A stretch of DNA of 64,000 nucleotides from ANME-2 cluster archaeon (GTDB taxonomy: Archaea; Halobacteriota; Methanosarcinia; Methanosarcinales; Methanocomedenaceae). The DNA is taken from assembly GCA_014237145.1 (NCBI GenBank), contig JAAXOC010000089.1:6324-70323 (forward strand). Direction: 5' to 3'. The notes beneath the pieces were generated by a model. It saw nothing but the letters and a program-made list of their open reading frames with translations. It was not told the origin of the DNA and did no database searches. The position numbers were made by a program, and so were the translations under genes. This document shows positions 29,701 to 40,215 of the stretch, in pieces. How positions within the stretch are numbered: the first letter of the stretch is position 1; each line of letters opens with the position of its first letter.

Positions 29701-30123
29701 TTGAACTATGTAATTTAGTTCTGCATATTCCACATTCGAATTCTTCTTGTAACTGTTGATTATTTTATTAATATCTGTCTGCTTGGGTAATTTTAAGATA
29801 TAAATCATGTCAAGACCGTGTTTTTTGAGAATCTTTGTCTTCTCGTTTTCAACTGATTTTGGTTTTTTCTTTATGATCTTTTCTGATGATACGACATTGT
29901 TTTTTGAGTTTATCATAGATATTGTCGCATCACTTGTTCCTTTTTTGAATTCGACGATGATTTGATCTGTAGCATATTCAACACCTTCAGGAATATCTGG
30001 CTCAGTATGTTCTAAAATGTTGTTATCAAGTCTGTCTTGCTTTGCTAATACCGATATAGGTATTGTTCCCACAATAAAAGAACATAAGATTAATACCACA
30101 AGTGTTTTCTTTATAATTTTCAT
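26722..30123 (-). CDS. secreted S8 subtilase with FN3, beta-sandwich and 3 PKD domains
   Basis: Signal peptide; IDTG, HGTHCSG, SGTSMATP triad; WNFGD/WDF PKD repeats. Confidence 0.92.
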   Translation of the reverse strand: MKIIKKTLVVLILCSFIVGTIPISVLAKQDRLDNNILEHTEPDIPEGVEYATDQIIVEFKKGTSDATISMINSKNNVVSSEKIIKKKPKSVENEKTKILKKHGLDMIYILKLPKQTDINKIINSYKKNSNVEYAELNYIVQIDAVPNDPYFSSLWGLQNTNDADIDASEAWDIETGNSNEVVIAVIDTGVDYNHEDLAANMWLNEHELNGVVGVDDEGNGYIDDIKGWDFFSDDNDPYDENGHGTHCSGTIAAKGNNVKGVVGVSWNAKIMPLRFLSPEGGYTSDAVLAINYAIDNDAHIMSNSWGGGGFSQALEDAISAANDAGILFVAAAGNGGDDLIGDNNDVIPYYPSSYDVPNVISVAATDSSDNLAYFSDYGLISVDLSAPGVSIFSTEPENSYGYKSGTSMATPHVAGAAALIKAQYPEISSDGIKARLLGSVDSITSLSGITVTGGRLNAYNALKLDNTAPSTISSLTAASPTSSTITLDWIAPGDDGISGTAKLYDVRYSTSNIETDADWEAATQATGEPKPQSSGSAETYTVTGLSYNTNYYFAVKAIDNVGNPSLLSNVISENTEDLIIIFYDDMEHGTNGWTHSGSGDNWELGPPTSGPNSAYSEPNTWATNLDGNYDINYMNARLVSPPVDLSGIISTQLTFMHYYFTESYYDGGIVEISTDGGSSWVQITPVGGYPEDALSSYNPLGQVPAYSSNYGYGWHQQVFDLSDYNGYSNVRVGFSFGTDYSVNSYPGWYIDDVTVLGDSGESNSPPIANAGGPYSGTEDTAISFDGSGSSDTDGSIVSYNWNFGDTNTGTGVSPKHTYAQNGSYTVTLTVTDNDGATDTSTTMATIGDIDPVADFTATPTSGPEPLTVSFSDTSTSYDGITAWEWDFENDTVIDDTTPNPSHMYSIDGVYTVTLTVYEADGDSQTDTKTDFIVVSNLNQPPTSDPNGPYTGTEGLAITFNGSGSSDPDGSIVSYDWNFGDTNTGTRVNPTHTYAQNGTYTVTLMVTDEDGATDTSTTTATITEATSLEMHVHSINMSTKTRGKKTKAIATATVTILDAYNNKVVGATVSGHWDGLTSDSDVRITDINGAVSLKSNKVKRASGTFTFIVDDVTHSVFTYNASANVEDQGSITVP

Positions 30124-30287
30124 TTATACCACCAAGTAATGATTCTGATGCAAAATTTAATTTTATCTCCCATTAATATATATTCTGAATTATGTATAAC
30201 AATTTATAATACTTGCGGTTGATATTATCATAGTTTTGTAGAATGTTTAATAAATATATATTCCAAAGTTTAAAAAAAAGGATGCTT

Positions 30288-32096
30288 ATGATTTCTCCCA
30301 CTATAATAAGAATTGATCTATCTAACAAAAAAGTCAAATGTGAAAATATACCTGCCCCCCTCCTCCGCAAGTTCATGGGCGGCAAGGGCCTGGCAGCCCA
30401 CTACCTTTACCACGAGAACCCGCCCGGCTGCGCCCCCCTGACCCCTGACAACCTGCTTGCCATCATGAACGGGCCCCTGACCGGCGCACCCGCCACCAAC
30501 TGCGTCAACTTCTCAGTCTGTGCCAAAAGCCCGCTCACAGGCACCTGGAACGACAGCCACTGCAACGGCTGGTGGGGCACTGAACTGCGCCGTGCCGGGT
30601 ATATGGGTATCATCATCAGTGGACAGGCCGACTCCCCGGTATACATCAACATTGTGGATGATAAAGTGGAGATACTGGATGCTTCCGACCTGTGGGGTGT
30701 GGATACGTTCTCAAATCAGGCCGTCTTGAAAAAACGCCATTCTACTGACCGTGAGGCCAGGGTGATGACCATCGGGACCGCAGGCGAGCGAATGGCAAAA
30801 CTGGCAGTCATATTTGCAGAGAACCGCACAGCTGCCCGTGGTGGACTGGGTGCAGTCATGGGCAGCAAGCACTTGAAGGCCGTAGTGGTGTCCGGGCACG
30901 GGAAATTTGAACCCGCAGACCCTGAAGCATTCAGAGCCATAAGGAAAAAGATCAACAAGAAGGTCAGGACAAGTACAGGCGTGGAAAACCTCAGGAAGAT
31001 GGGTACTTCAGAACTTGTGGAGATAGTAAATGAAACCGATGGCTGGAGTAATCGCAATTATACATCAGGGCGGGATGACAAACTATCAGAGCACCTGGAC
31101 GGTTTTGCCATAAAAGAGAAATTGTGGGATGGCGGCAGCAGACGTCGGCCCTGCCCGGGCTGTGCCATACAGTGCAGCCACCTGGCAGTGGTGCAGGAGG
31201 GGCAATATCGCGGATTGACACACGACGGGCCAGAGTTCGAGTCCATTACCTTGCTGGGTTCTAACTGCGGTATCGATGACCCGGCGGCGGTCACGGCTGC
31301 TGAACACCTGTGCGACACATACGGACTGGATAGCATTAGCACGGGCAGCACTATCGCCTTTTTAATGGAATGTTATGAACGAGGGCTGATCAGTAAGGAG
31401 GAAACAAACGGGCTAAAACTTACCTTCGGCAGTGTCGATGCGCTGATAGAAACCATCCACATGATGGGGTCAGGTAAAGGGGCACTGGCATTTGCTGCAA
31501 ACGGCACAAGGGATGCCTCTGAAAGAATAGGGCAGGGTACAGAAGATTTCGCTATGAACGTCAAGGGCCTGGAGATACCTGCATACCTGCCCCAAACCGC
31601 AAAGGGCCAGGCACTGGCCTATGCCGTATCAGACAGGGGTGCCTGCCACCTGCGTCCATGGACCTACGGAAAGGAAGTGCTTGGCAGGGGGGGACAACTG
31701 GACCCAATGGCCACGACCGGAAAAGGTAAGATGGTCTGGGACGGGCAGCAGCGCAACGCTATCTATGATTCTATAGGAATCTGCAAGTTCTTTACATACG
31801 CTGCCGGATTGGATGAGCTATTAGAACTATATACTGCCTCGACCGGATTTGATATGGACCATGACGAATTCGATAGAGTAGGCAGGAGAGTGGCAGTACT
31901 TACCCGTGCTTTTAACAACAGGGAAGGATTTGGCAGGGATCAAGACACCTTGCCTGACAGGGTAATGAAAAGCAGCAGCAATCCGGTAACAGACCTGGAA
32001 CTGGATGCTATGCTGGATGAATTCTATTATGCGTCGGGTTTCACCAGTGATGGAATTGTGCCCGAACAGCTACTAATAGAACTTGGGATCAAGTGA
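30288..32096 (+). CDS. aldehyde:ferredoxin oxidoreductase family (W/Mo-pterin)
   Basis: KSPLTG, RGGLGAVMGSK, CPGCAIQC, DxxGLDSIS, RGACHLR. Confidence 0.92.
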   Translation: MISPTIIRIDLSNKKVKCENIPAPLLRKFMGGKGLAAHYLYHENPPGCAPLTPDNLLAIMNGPLTGAPATNCVNFSVCAKSPLTGTWNDSHCNGWWGTELRRAGYMGIIISGQADSPVYINIVDDKVEILDASDLWGVDTFSNQAVLKKRHSTDREARVMTIGTAGERMAKLAVIFAENRTAARGGLGAVMGSKHLKAVVVSGHGKFEPADPEAFRAIRKKINKKVRTSTGVENLRKMGTSELVEIVNETDGWSNRNYTSGRDDKLSEHLDGFAIKEKLWDGGSRRRPCPGCAIQCSHLAVVQEGQYRGLTHDGPEFESITLLGSNCGIDDPAAVTAAEHLCDTYGLDSISTGSTIAFLMECYERGLISKEETNGLKLTFGSVDALIETIHMMGSGKGALAFAANGTRDASERIGQGTEDFAMNVKGLEIPAYLPQTAKGQALAYAVSDRGACHLRPWTYGKEVLGRGGQLDPMATTGKGKMVWDGQQRNAIYDSIGICKFFTYAAGLDELLELYTASTGFDMDHDEFDRVGRRVAVLTRAFNNREGFGRDQDTLPDRVMKSSSNPVTDLELDAMLDEFYYASGFTSDGIVPEQLLIELGIK

Positions 32097-32141
32097 ACTA
32101 ATTTTGTAAACTGATTGAGTGAACCGATTAAGTGAACCGGA

Positions 32142-32843
32142 TCACACCATCATAGATCTCAACTCTTCCACCAGTTTCTGCTGGATAGTAGAGTTGCGGT
32201 CGCCGCCACACACACATCCCCTTATCCCGATAATATCAGGACCTATCTGGTTTATTGCCTCTATATCCTCAAACTTTATGTTACCTGCAATGGCAGTAAC
32301 AAGTCCCAGGTCATGGGCAGATTCCACGAATTGCGATAGTTCCTCATTGGTCATGAACTCGAATGTTGAACGACCGTCCTTTATACCCGTATCCATCATT
32401 GCCACATCTGCGCCGTAATCTGCACAAACAGAAGGCAGTTCACGTAACGGGATGGAGTTTATACGTTTATAGTCAGCATAGCCTGAAATAACGACCTTCT
32501 TACTAGGGTCATAATCCTTTACAGATTTCACCACATGCTCTACCATATCAATGGCCTGCTCAGTGGTCTGGATATCAAACAATCCCACTTTCACATAGTC
32601 AGCACCGGATACAGCAGCACCCAAGGATGCAAGGGATGCTGTTCCGGGTTTGTAGTTCATATCCCCGATAGTTGCACTGACCGGGGTCTTAGGGCCCATT
32701 GCTTCTTTGACTGAACGAATGACCCACGGGAAATTTGCACCAAGACTCCCCTCTTTTGGGTTCTTGACATCTATGATGTCTGCTCCACCGTTGTAAGCAG
32801 CCTTAGCTTCCTCTAGATTGATAGGACTTACCAGTAATTTCAT
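32142..32843 (-). CDS. mfnB: (5-formylfuran-3-yl)methyl phosphate synthase (methanofuran biosynthesis)
   Basis: GADIIDVKNPKEGSLGA, YVKVG, DTGIKDG, RGCVCGGDR. Confidence 0.92.
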   Translation of the reverse strand: MKLLVSPINLEEAKAAYNGGADIIDVKNPKEGSLGANFPWVIRSVKEAMGPKTPVSATIGDMNYKPGTASLASLGAAVSGADYVKVGLFDIQTTEQAIDMVEHVVKSVKDYDPSKKVVISGYADYKRINSIPLRELPSVCADYGADVAMMDTGIKDGRSTFEFMTNEELSQFVESAHDLGLVTAIAGNIKFEDIEAINQIGPDIIGIRGCVCGGDRNSTIQQKLVEELRSMMV

Positions 32844-33046
32844 ATCCTTATACCTCTGATTCGTGAGACAAATACTACCCTATCGTAATATATATGTTGC
32901 TATATCGTTCAATCAGTATTCTGCCAGTGTGGTCAATTATCTTTCATTCAATTCATAAGACTTTAATATTAATAATATGAATAGCCATATTGACTGATAA
33001 GAAAAGTTATAAGAATAACCGGTTTTAACATTTTTACCAAGATTCC

Positions 33047-33745
33047 ATGTTTAGAATAATATTTGTACTGGATATTTTAAACGGAAAGGTAGTGCATGCC
33101 GTAAAAGGGGAACGGGAAAAATACGGCCCTGTACATAATTTCAGTAAAGTCTGTGAATCTTCAGACCCCCTGCAGATCGTGGATGATCTTTCACCCAGGG
33201 AGCTCTATATAGCAGACCTGAACCGGCTGGAGGGTAATGGAAATAATGATGAGGTCATCGAGCAATTGGGCTGGAAGACCAGTTTAATGCTTGACCTTGG
33301 AGCATCCACTATGGATGATGTACACCTGGGTCAGGAGATGGCAGGCTCCGTAATCCTGGGAACAGAAACTGCAACCTTTGAGTTGGTGGAAAGTGCATCA
33401 AACTTCTACCCCAGGTCAATAAACCTGAGCATTGATTTCAAGGACGGCAACATCCTAACAAATGAACCGGCCTTTAATATTCCGCCCATCGACCTGATCA
33501 AGATGCTGAATGGATATGATATTAATGACCTGGTCATACTTGAACTGAGCAAAGTAGGGACATCAAGCGGTATTAATACAGAGTTCCTGAAGCAGGTTGT
33601 GGATCATTCGAACCATAACATACTACTGGGCGGTGGTATAAGGAATACGGATGATATCAGCCACCTGAAGGATATTGGCCTGGCAGGTGTGCTGGTGGCG
33701 ACTGCGGTGCATAACGGTGCGCTGCCCCTGGATATGATCCGGTAG
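33047..33745 (+). CDS. HisA/HisF-related TIM-barrel protein
   Basis: VLDILNGKVVHAVKGER, YIADL, GGGIR, VATAVH. Confidence 0.85.
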   Translation: MFRIIFVLDILNGKVVHAVKGEREKYGPVHNFSKVCESSDPLQIVDDLSPRELYIADLNRLEGNGNNDEVIEQLGWKTSLMLDLGASTMDDVHLGQEMAGSVILGTETATFELVESASNFYPRSINLSIDFKDGNILTNEPAFNIPPIDLIKMLNGYDINDLVILELSKVGTSSGINTEFLKQVVDHSNHNILLGGGIRNTDDISHLKDIGLAGVLVATAVHNGALPLDMIR

Positions 33746-33746
33746 G

Positions 33747-34979
33747 TCAGGCTTTTAAGCGGAGAATAAGTTCGTCTGGATCCAGTAGTTCCTGCTTGCC
33801 TGATTCCATATCTTTCAGCGCCACCTTACCCTGTGCCACTTCATCCTCGCCGACTATCACGGCCCACCTGGCCCTGACAGTATTGGCAAATTTTAACTGG
33901 GCACTAAAACTTCTACCCATAACGTCCACGTCTACAATTATGTGTTCACGCAGGGAGTCGGCGATGTGTATACCTTCTTTTCGGGTCTCGTCAAAGCAGA
34001 CCACAACAGCCCGATCTTCAGCAGGGGGCTCTGTCGTGCATACTTCCATTACCCTGTCAAACCCGAGCGCAAAACCTGTGGATTCCACTTCTTTTCCGCC
34101 GAACAGGTGGGCAAGCCTGTACGACCCGCCGCCGCAGACCTGGTTCTGAGCCCCAAGGCCGCTGCTGTATATCTCAAAGACCATGCCTGTATAATAGTCC
34201 AGGCCCCTGGCAATGCCAAAGTTAACAGTGTAGTCAAGGCCGTGGGTGTCCAGCAGCTCCAGCAGGGTCTGGAATGTTTCCAGTTCTTCTATGTCGCCCA
34301 GAAGTGCTTTTGCTTCATCTACTGCACTGCTGCCGGTGAGTCCTATGAGTTCGAAGAGTTTTTCCCTCATCCCGATATCTGCATCGATCTCTTCCAGGTA
34401 GTCCTCCAGGCCCTTGTCGTCCTTCTTGTCTACGAGGCGCATTATCTGCCCCTGGGTGTCGGTGTCCAGCCCCGTAAACAGGGTTCTGATTATACCCAGA
34501 TGTCCGACATGTAGTTCGCCGTCCACGCCTGCCTCGTGGAGCATCCGGCAGGCCAGGGCTATGACCTCGGCGTCGGCTTCGGGCCTGGGGCTGCCTATGA
34601 CCTCGGTGCCGAACTGCCAGAATTCCCTGAACCTGCCTTTCTGGGGACGCTCGTACCTGAAGCAGTTGTCGAAGTAGTAGAGTTTGATTGGGCGGGGTGC
34701 GCGCGTAAGTTCGCTGACGTAGAGCCGAATGACGGGGGCTGTGAGTTCGGGGCGCAGGGCTATTTCGCGGTCGCCTTTGTCCTTGAAGTTGTATATTTCA
34801 CCCAGGATACCTTCGCCGGATTTTAGTGTGAATAGTTCGATGTGCTCGAAGGTTGGGGTCTTTATTTCGTTGTAGCCCCATCGTTTGGCGGTTTGGCGGA
34901 GTTTGTTTTCGATGTATCTGCGTTTGCGGGTATCTTCTGGGAGGAAGTCCCTGGTCCCTCTGGGTTTGTTGATCTTCAT
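33747..34979 (-). CDS. hisS: histidyl-tRNA synthetase
   Basis: PRGTRD, LRPELT, FRYERPQKGRFREF, RGLDYY. Confidence 0.97.
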   Translation of the reverse strand: MKINKPRGTRDFLPEDTRKRRYIENKLRQTAKRWGYNEIKTPTFEHIELFTLKSGEGILGEIYNFKDKGDREIALRPELTAPVIRLYVSELTRAPRPIKLYYFDNCFRYERPQKGRFREFWQFGTEVIGSPRPEADAEVIALACRMLHEAGVDGELHVGHLGIIRTLFTGLDTDTQGQIMRLVDKKDDKGLEDYLEEIDADIGMREKLFELIGLTGSSAVDEAKALLGDIEELETFQTLLELLDTHGLDYTVNFGIARGLDYYTGMVFEIYSSGLGAQNQVCGGGSYRLAHLFGGKEVESTGFALGFDRVMEVCTTEPPAEDRAVVVCFDETRKEGIHIADSLREHIIVDVDVMGRSFSAQLKFANTVRARWAVIVGEDEVAQGKVALKDMESGKQELLDPDELILRLKA

Positions 34980-35230
34980 GTGTGGGTCTCCGTTGTATGT
35001 GGGGTGATTAGGATGTTATGTGAAATAGGTTTTGTTATGGGTGGTCTTTCCAATGTCGGGCTTATCTTTAAGCTGTACATAAAGATCAAATATCCAGCCT
35101 GGTCCTCAAGTTTTCAATACTACTCACATCAACAGGCTTATGGCGCATTATTTTCCTGGCCTTTTCTACATATTCAGGTTTTAGTTCTGGTTCGAGTATT
35201 TTCTCTTCATATTGCGTTGCCATGAGTAAC

Positions 35231-35455
35231 TTATCCTTCTATAATTTTCCAATGCCCGCCTTTAGCCGGACCAATCCTTATAAGTTTGCCATTTTATTGC
35301 AACTTCTGGATGATTCTTTCAATCGAGCGTTTTGTCATGCTAATTTCCCCTGCAAGCTCAGGTATGGTAATTTGGTTATTTGAGTTGATCAACTCTAGTA
35401 TTTTTCCCTACGTTTTCCCCGACATTTTCTCCGACATTTTCTCCGACGTTTTTAC
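35231..35455 (-). pseudogene. decayed winged-HTH C-terminal fragment
   Basis: Manual translation SEKMSEKMSGKT*GKILELINSNNQITIPELA...LQ*NGKLIRIGPAKGGHWKII with internal stops. Confidence 0.6.
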
Positions 35456-35583
35456 TGACTGATTATGGCTGCTTACATCAAACTCAAGAAAAAACCCGAA
35501 AATGCGAACGAGTGAGCGCTTTCCCGTAAATATCAAGCAGTAGACGAACAGGTTATATTTTATCAGGTATTACCCTCCACATA

Positions 35584-36255
35584 ATGCGCATATCCTACCT
35601 TGCCCTGTCAGATACACGATGCACAGTGCAGATACCGGGCTGCAACTTCAATTGCCGGGGCTGTTTCAGTAACCAACGGCACAACGGCGACGTAGAAGTA
35701 TCTGCGGCCCGTATAGCCGGACACATTCCGTCAGGAAATGAAGTAATGCTGGCAGGAGGCGAACCCACCCTTTACAGGCAGGAATTGCTGTCACTTATAC
35801 ATGAACTGGACGCAAAAAAGGTAATCCTGTCTACAAACGGATACCTGCTGGACAGGTCACTGCTGGAGAACCTTGGCGGTATCACCGTACACATTGACCT
35901 GAAAGCCCTTGACCCAAAACTGCACAGGTGGTACACAGGAAAAGATAATGCTACTGTGATGGAGGCAATACGGATGCTCCATGACCTTGATTTCGATTTT
36001 GAAGTGAGCACGGTCTACATTCCAGGAATTGTGGAGACCAGGGAGATCGAGAATATCGCCCGCTTCCTGTCAGGGGTCGGGGATATCAAATACAAGATCA
36101 TCAGGTATGTACCAGCCAATAATTTTTCAAGCAGACCCGGAGTGCAGGAGATACAGGATGCAGTAAAAACGGCACGCAAGTATCTCGGGAATGTTTCCAG
36201 TTCCATTGAGAACAGGAGCCATCCGGTTGATCGTAAAATTATAAATTTTTCCTGA
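35584..36255 (+). CDS. radical SAM protein (PflA-like activase family)
   Basis: GCNFNCRGC, GGEPT, STNG, IDLKA. Confidence 0.85.
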   Translation: MRISYLALSDTRCTVQIPGCNFNCRGCFSNQRHNGDVEVSAARIAGHIPSGNEVMLAGGEPTLYRQELLSLIHELDAKKVILSTNGYLLDRSLLENLGGITVHIDLKALDPKLHRWYTGKDNATVMEAIRMLHDLDFDFEVSTVYIPGIVETREIENIARFLSGVGDIKYKIIRYVPANNFSSRPGVQEIQDAVKTARKYLGNVSSSIENRSHPVDRKIINFS

Positions 36256-36478
36256 AGAGCAGGAATTTCCCCGGCAATCCCTATTACTTTCACCCCGCTC
36301 TTGGCTCGAGTATATTTACTCAAAGCCCAATCATTAATCGTACAATAAACAAGCGGGAAGGAATTGGATAAAACAACCCCCTCGTATCCGTCATACAATC
36401 CTTCCCCCATCCCCCAATTTTATTTATCTTTACTCCTACCTAAATTCTTAACTTAACCCCTACTCCAATTTCTGATAT

Positions 36479-36940
36479 TTATCCATTCAATAAACGCATA
36501 TAAGATTTCCCGATCAGGTCATCAACCTGGATGCCATATTCCCTTGCCATCAGTATCCCCAGCACCTCAATAGTGAACATCCCCCCTTTTTCGTTTCGGC
36601 TTTTATTGATCTTGGCAATGATCGTCTGCTTTTCAAGTCCTGTATTCATCATGATGCGTTCAATGATCTGCTCGAACACCTCTTTCTTCTGGAACCTGGA
36701 GACATCGGGCTTAAAACCCATAGGTATCTGTACGTCACTGATACCGAACTGTGCCTTGAGCATGTCTCCTTCCCTGGAAATAATACCATTTTCAATGGCT
36801 GAATTGATAAAATCCCTGGCAGTATCCGGTTTGAACCAGCCCAGGTCCATTGAAAGAGCCATTACAAACTCGGTCTCTTTAATGGCATCTGTCCCTTTGC
36901 GCTTAAAAGGCATAGCAGCAGTAAACAACAATTCATTCAT
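36479..36940 (-). CDS. DUF2240 family protein
   Basis: EFVMALSMDLGWF.P..A, IPMGFKP; next to radB. Confidence 0.75.
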   Translation of the reverse strand: MNELLFTAAMPFKRKGTDAIKETEFVMALSMDLGWFKPDTARDFINSAIENGIISREGDMLKAQFGISDVQIPMGFKPDVSRFQKKEVFEQIIERIMMNTGLEKQTIIAKINKSRNEKGGMFTIEVLGILMAREYGIQVDDLIGKSYMRLLNG

Positions 36941-36948
36941 TGCAATCC

Positions 36949-37716
36949 CTACTCTACACCTTTTTCGGAAATAGTAAGCTCCACAGACTGCCCCTCAGCC
37001 CTTGACCTGTGCTTGATCAGAATAGCTCTGCGCTTATCCCGGCCTGCTCGTTCCATTTTGATAATAGTCTTTGACAGATGTTCGCTGAGATTGCCGCCCA
37101 AAGGCTGCAATTCTCCGCTATCCACGTCAGTATATACCTGGTTTGTGATCACCACAACCATGTTGAACTTCCTTGCCAGCCTGTGAAGACCTGCCAGCAT
37201 CTCGACCAGTTGCCGCCTGATGTGTACATTCCCGTTATCATCCGGAACCAGGCCCATCCGGTAGAAAAGTGTGGCTGAGTCCACGATGATCAGCCCTATA
37301 CCGGTACCTGCCAGTTTTTCAACATCCGTGATCGCAGAATACTGCTGATGGAAATCAGCAGGTTCGTAGATGATGAGGTCCTTTGCCAGTTCCCTTGCAT
37401 CACTACCCGCTATCTGGCTGAAGCGTTCAGCAGAAAAGCCATCAGTGTCGATTATCACTACCCGCTCCCCGGTCCTTATACACTCTACAGCAAGCTGCAT
37501 ACATATATTGGTCTTACCGGTCGCGGAAGCACCATATATCTGTGTGATAATACCATGTTCGAACCCACCTCCCAGCAGGTCGTCAAGGTTCATGCTTCCC
37601 GAGTGCATGCGTTTATCAATGGCCATGTTCTTTTCATTATCAGTATCATTATCTGCCATCAGGATGAATACTCCGTTCGTATTATTAGTATTGTTAATAT
37701 TATGTTCACAGGTCAT
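36949..37716 (-). CDS. radB: DNA repair and recombination protein RadB
   Basis: LDDLLGGG, GASATGKT, IVDS, KHR motif; true start may be 37659. Confidence 0.92.
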   Translation of the reverse strand: MTCEHNINNTNNTNGVFILMADNDTDNEKNMAIDKRMHSGSMNLDDLLGGGFEHGIITQIYGASATGKTNICMQLAVECIRTGERVVIIDTDGFSAERFSQIAGSDARELAKDLIIYEPADFHQQYSAITDVEKLAGTGIGLIIVDSATLFYRMGLVPDDNGNVHIRRQLVEMLAGLHRLARKFNMVVVITNQVYTDVDSGELQPLGGNLSEHLSKTIIKMERAGRDKRRAILIKHRSRAEGQSVELTISEKGVE

Positions 37717-38644
37717 TTATTGTCAATACAGAGATGTTATCTTTTTCCCATTTATTGAGCGGTTGACCATCATCGTCGGGTATTCTTGTCAGTATCCACC
37801 CTTGCCTGACATCCAGCGCTTCCATAAACAGTTTCATAGGCAATACATTATCATCCGAGGGGGCATCCATGTATTTTAATAACACTCCGTCATCTTCCTG
37901 CACTGCCAGTGCATCAAAGCTATAAGGCAGCCCTGCCGCCTCCACGAACTGCACATCACGGTATATATCATGTTGCTTTAGCCTGCTAAGTGCCAGTTCA
38001 ACTAATTCCCTGGGTGATTCGCCAAGTATTATCCGGTCAGGTGGTGTCAGTCTTCCGGATCCATCGGTTTTAGCCGTAACATTTGGCATAAGATCGAATA
38101 TCTCCTGGAAGAACGTCCCCGGATCGATCCTGACATAGGTCTCATCTGCTATCAGGTAAACTGAAAGTATATCATCCAGGGTATCAGGGGTAATGCTGCC
38201 GTCATCCGGGATGTTGTCCTTTATCTTGTCTGTGAATTCATCCTTAAAATCCTTGATCTCGATTATGGGTATCCTGGCTGCAAGCCGTCTGTGCGGACCT
38301 CTGTCATAGACCTTGAACCCAAAATCCCTATCGATCTCATCCTTCATGCTGCTGATTATCACAGGCGATCTGGTCCTGTCCCCAACCAGGTCTTCCACCA
38401 GGCTGCTGTCAACCTTTACCGACTTCTTACTGCCGATAAGCAGCAGTGAATCAATGTAGCGTATATCCTCGATATCCAGGCTGGCAAGCACATCCTTTAC
38501 ATCCTGTATTACATCTGGTTCTTGTGTAAAGGTCCTGAATACCAGTATCCACTCATTACCAGTTCTCACAGTCCTGGACTGCCCTATTTCACTTACTGCA
38601 TCATACAGGCCATTGTAGGTATTGTCGTTCAAACCAAACACCAT
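37706..38644 (-). CDS. hypothetical protein
   Basis: 312-aa ORF co-oriented with radB. Confidence 0.65.
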   Translation of the reverse strand: MVFGLNDNTYNGLYDAVSEIGQSRTVRTGNEWILVFRTFTQEPDVIQDVKDVLASLDIEDIRYIDSLLLIGSKKSVKVDSSLVEDLVGDRTRSPVIISSMKDEIDRDFGFKVYDRGPHRRLAARIPIIEIKDFKDEFTDKIKDNIPDDGSITPDTLDDILSVYLIADETYVRIDPGTFFQEIFDLMPNVTAKTDGSGRLTPPDRIILGESPRELVELALSRLKQHDIYRDVQFVEAAGLPYSFDALAVQEDDGVLLKYMDAPSDDNVLPMKLFMEALDVRQGWILTRIPDDDGQPLNKWEKDNISVLTINDL

Positions 38645-38810
38645 TCACAGAATGAAACTTTATGTTATTGTATTCCTATATTGATATTCAATTGTATTGA
38701 AATAGTTTGTCAAATTATAGTATAGCAGGGGAAAACATACGTCGGTTTTTGGTTGATACAAATCAAATACCAGAACACCAGGAACGCAAACCATGAGACG
38801 ATCATTATAA

Positions 38811-38988
38811 AGGCTGTCCATTAATTCAAAATCCTGTGGAAAGTGATAGCCACAGAGAGCGCCGAGGACACAGAGAGGAAAAACTCTGTGCTCTCTGTGT
38901 GCTCTGTGGCAAAAAAGGCGGAGATCAATTTAGTATGGTGATTATTTGTACTGCAACGTTTGATTTGACAATAATTGTTGGACAGCCT
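38811..38988. mobile_element. MITE/REP-like element
   Basis: Terminal IR AGGCTGTCCA / TGGACAGCCT enclosing a GCCACAGAG...CTCTGTGGC hairpin. Confidence 0.55.
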
Positions 38989-39108
38989 ATATAGACGAAA
39001 ACAACTGGATATATACAGATATATCCGGATATGAAGGATATTACGACGTTGTTCCAGAAATTATGAATTTGGCATATTATTTATCAGATAAAAATTATTA
39101 AACCTTAA

Positions 39109-40140
39109 ATGTCATACCAGGAATACCTTGCTGCCAGGGAAACAGTAACCACTATCGGTCAGCCTGTTATTTCTGTCATTTTCATATTTTCGCTTGCCCT
39201 TGGTATTATTGCTATCTACCACATGCTTTCAAACGACAGCCGCGCCTTCAGGCTGGCATCACAGTTAAGGGAGATCGATACGGCACTGCTGGTCATAGGA
39301 TTTATTATCATTGCCTGGTTCCACCTGCGAATCTACCAGACCATAGAACTGGTCTACCCGCCTGAACTGGCAAATTATATGGCCAGTACCATGGGTATCA
39401 GTGCAACGTCCCTGAGATTCGCCGTGCCCCTATGGATAGAAACCGAAAAATTATATTTCTGGACCCTGTGCCTGTCCATTTTCCTTGCAGTAACCAACTA
39501 CCGCTATGATTTCATAAAAACAAAAATAACAGCACTGTTCTCATCAAGCCTGAACATCATGCTGGCAGCCTTTGGTATACTAACATATTATACCTCAAAC
39601 CCCTTCAGGGAACCCCTGCCCGGCCTGCATTCTGAGATAACAGGCTGGTACCAGGCCGCAGGTGTAGGTGACCCCAATGTGTTATACGGTGCACTGTACC
39701 AGTTGTATTTCCGCATCATATATTTCTACAATTCAGAGTATATGTGGACCCACCCGCCGATGCTTTTTATCGCATATGCATCCCTGGTGGTCACCTTTGT
39801 GGGCTGTGTGTTCATGCTGTTTCGGCGGGAGAAGATATTTGACCGCATTTCATACAGCCATGCCAAGGTCGGGTACTTACTGCTCACAGTAGGCATGCTC
39901 ATCGGCTACCCCTGGGCCGTGCTGGCATGGGACGGCAAGGACTGGTGGTGGGACCCTAAGATCAACGGCAGTATCATGATGTGGGTGCTGTACAGTGCGT
40001 ACCTGCATACACGGATATACCTGAAGCGGCGCAATATGTGGCGGGCCACTGCCATACTGGGTATTATCTGCTTCCTGTCACTGGTCTTCACCTACCTGCT
40101 GACATACATTGCGCCAGGGATACATGCCATAACACAATGA
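39109..40140 (+). CDS. cytochrome c biogenesis protein (CcmF/CcsA heme-handling domain)
   Basis: HPPML, WA...W...WWWDPK, W....AYLH, GIH motifs. Confidence 0.85.
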   Translation: MSYQEYLAARETVTTIGQPVISVIFIFSLALGIIAIYHMLSNDSRAFRLASQLREIDTALLVIGFIIIAWFHLRIYQTIELVYPPELANYMASTMGISATSLRFAVPLWIETEKLYFWTLCLSIFLAVTNYRYDFIKTKITALFSSSLNIMLAAFGILTYYTSNPFREPLPGLHSEITGWYQAAGVGDPNVLYGALYQLYFRIIYFYNSEYMWTHPPMLFIAYASLVVTFVGCVFMLFRREKIFDRISYSHAKVGYLLLTVGMLIGYPWAVLAWDGKDWWWDPKINGSIMMWVLYSAYLHTRIYLKRRNMWRATAILGIICFLSLVFTYLLTYIAPGIHAITQ

Positions 40141-40215
40141 AGAGGAAAGTGGAAGACTAGAAGAAAGGAAGGGGAAAGAAAGGAAGACCGGAAAAGGAGA
40201 ATTGGAGAATATACT

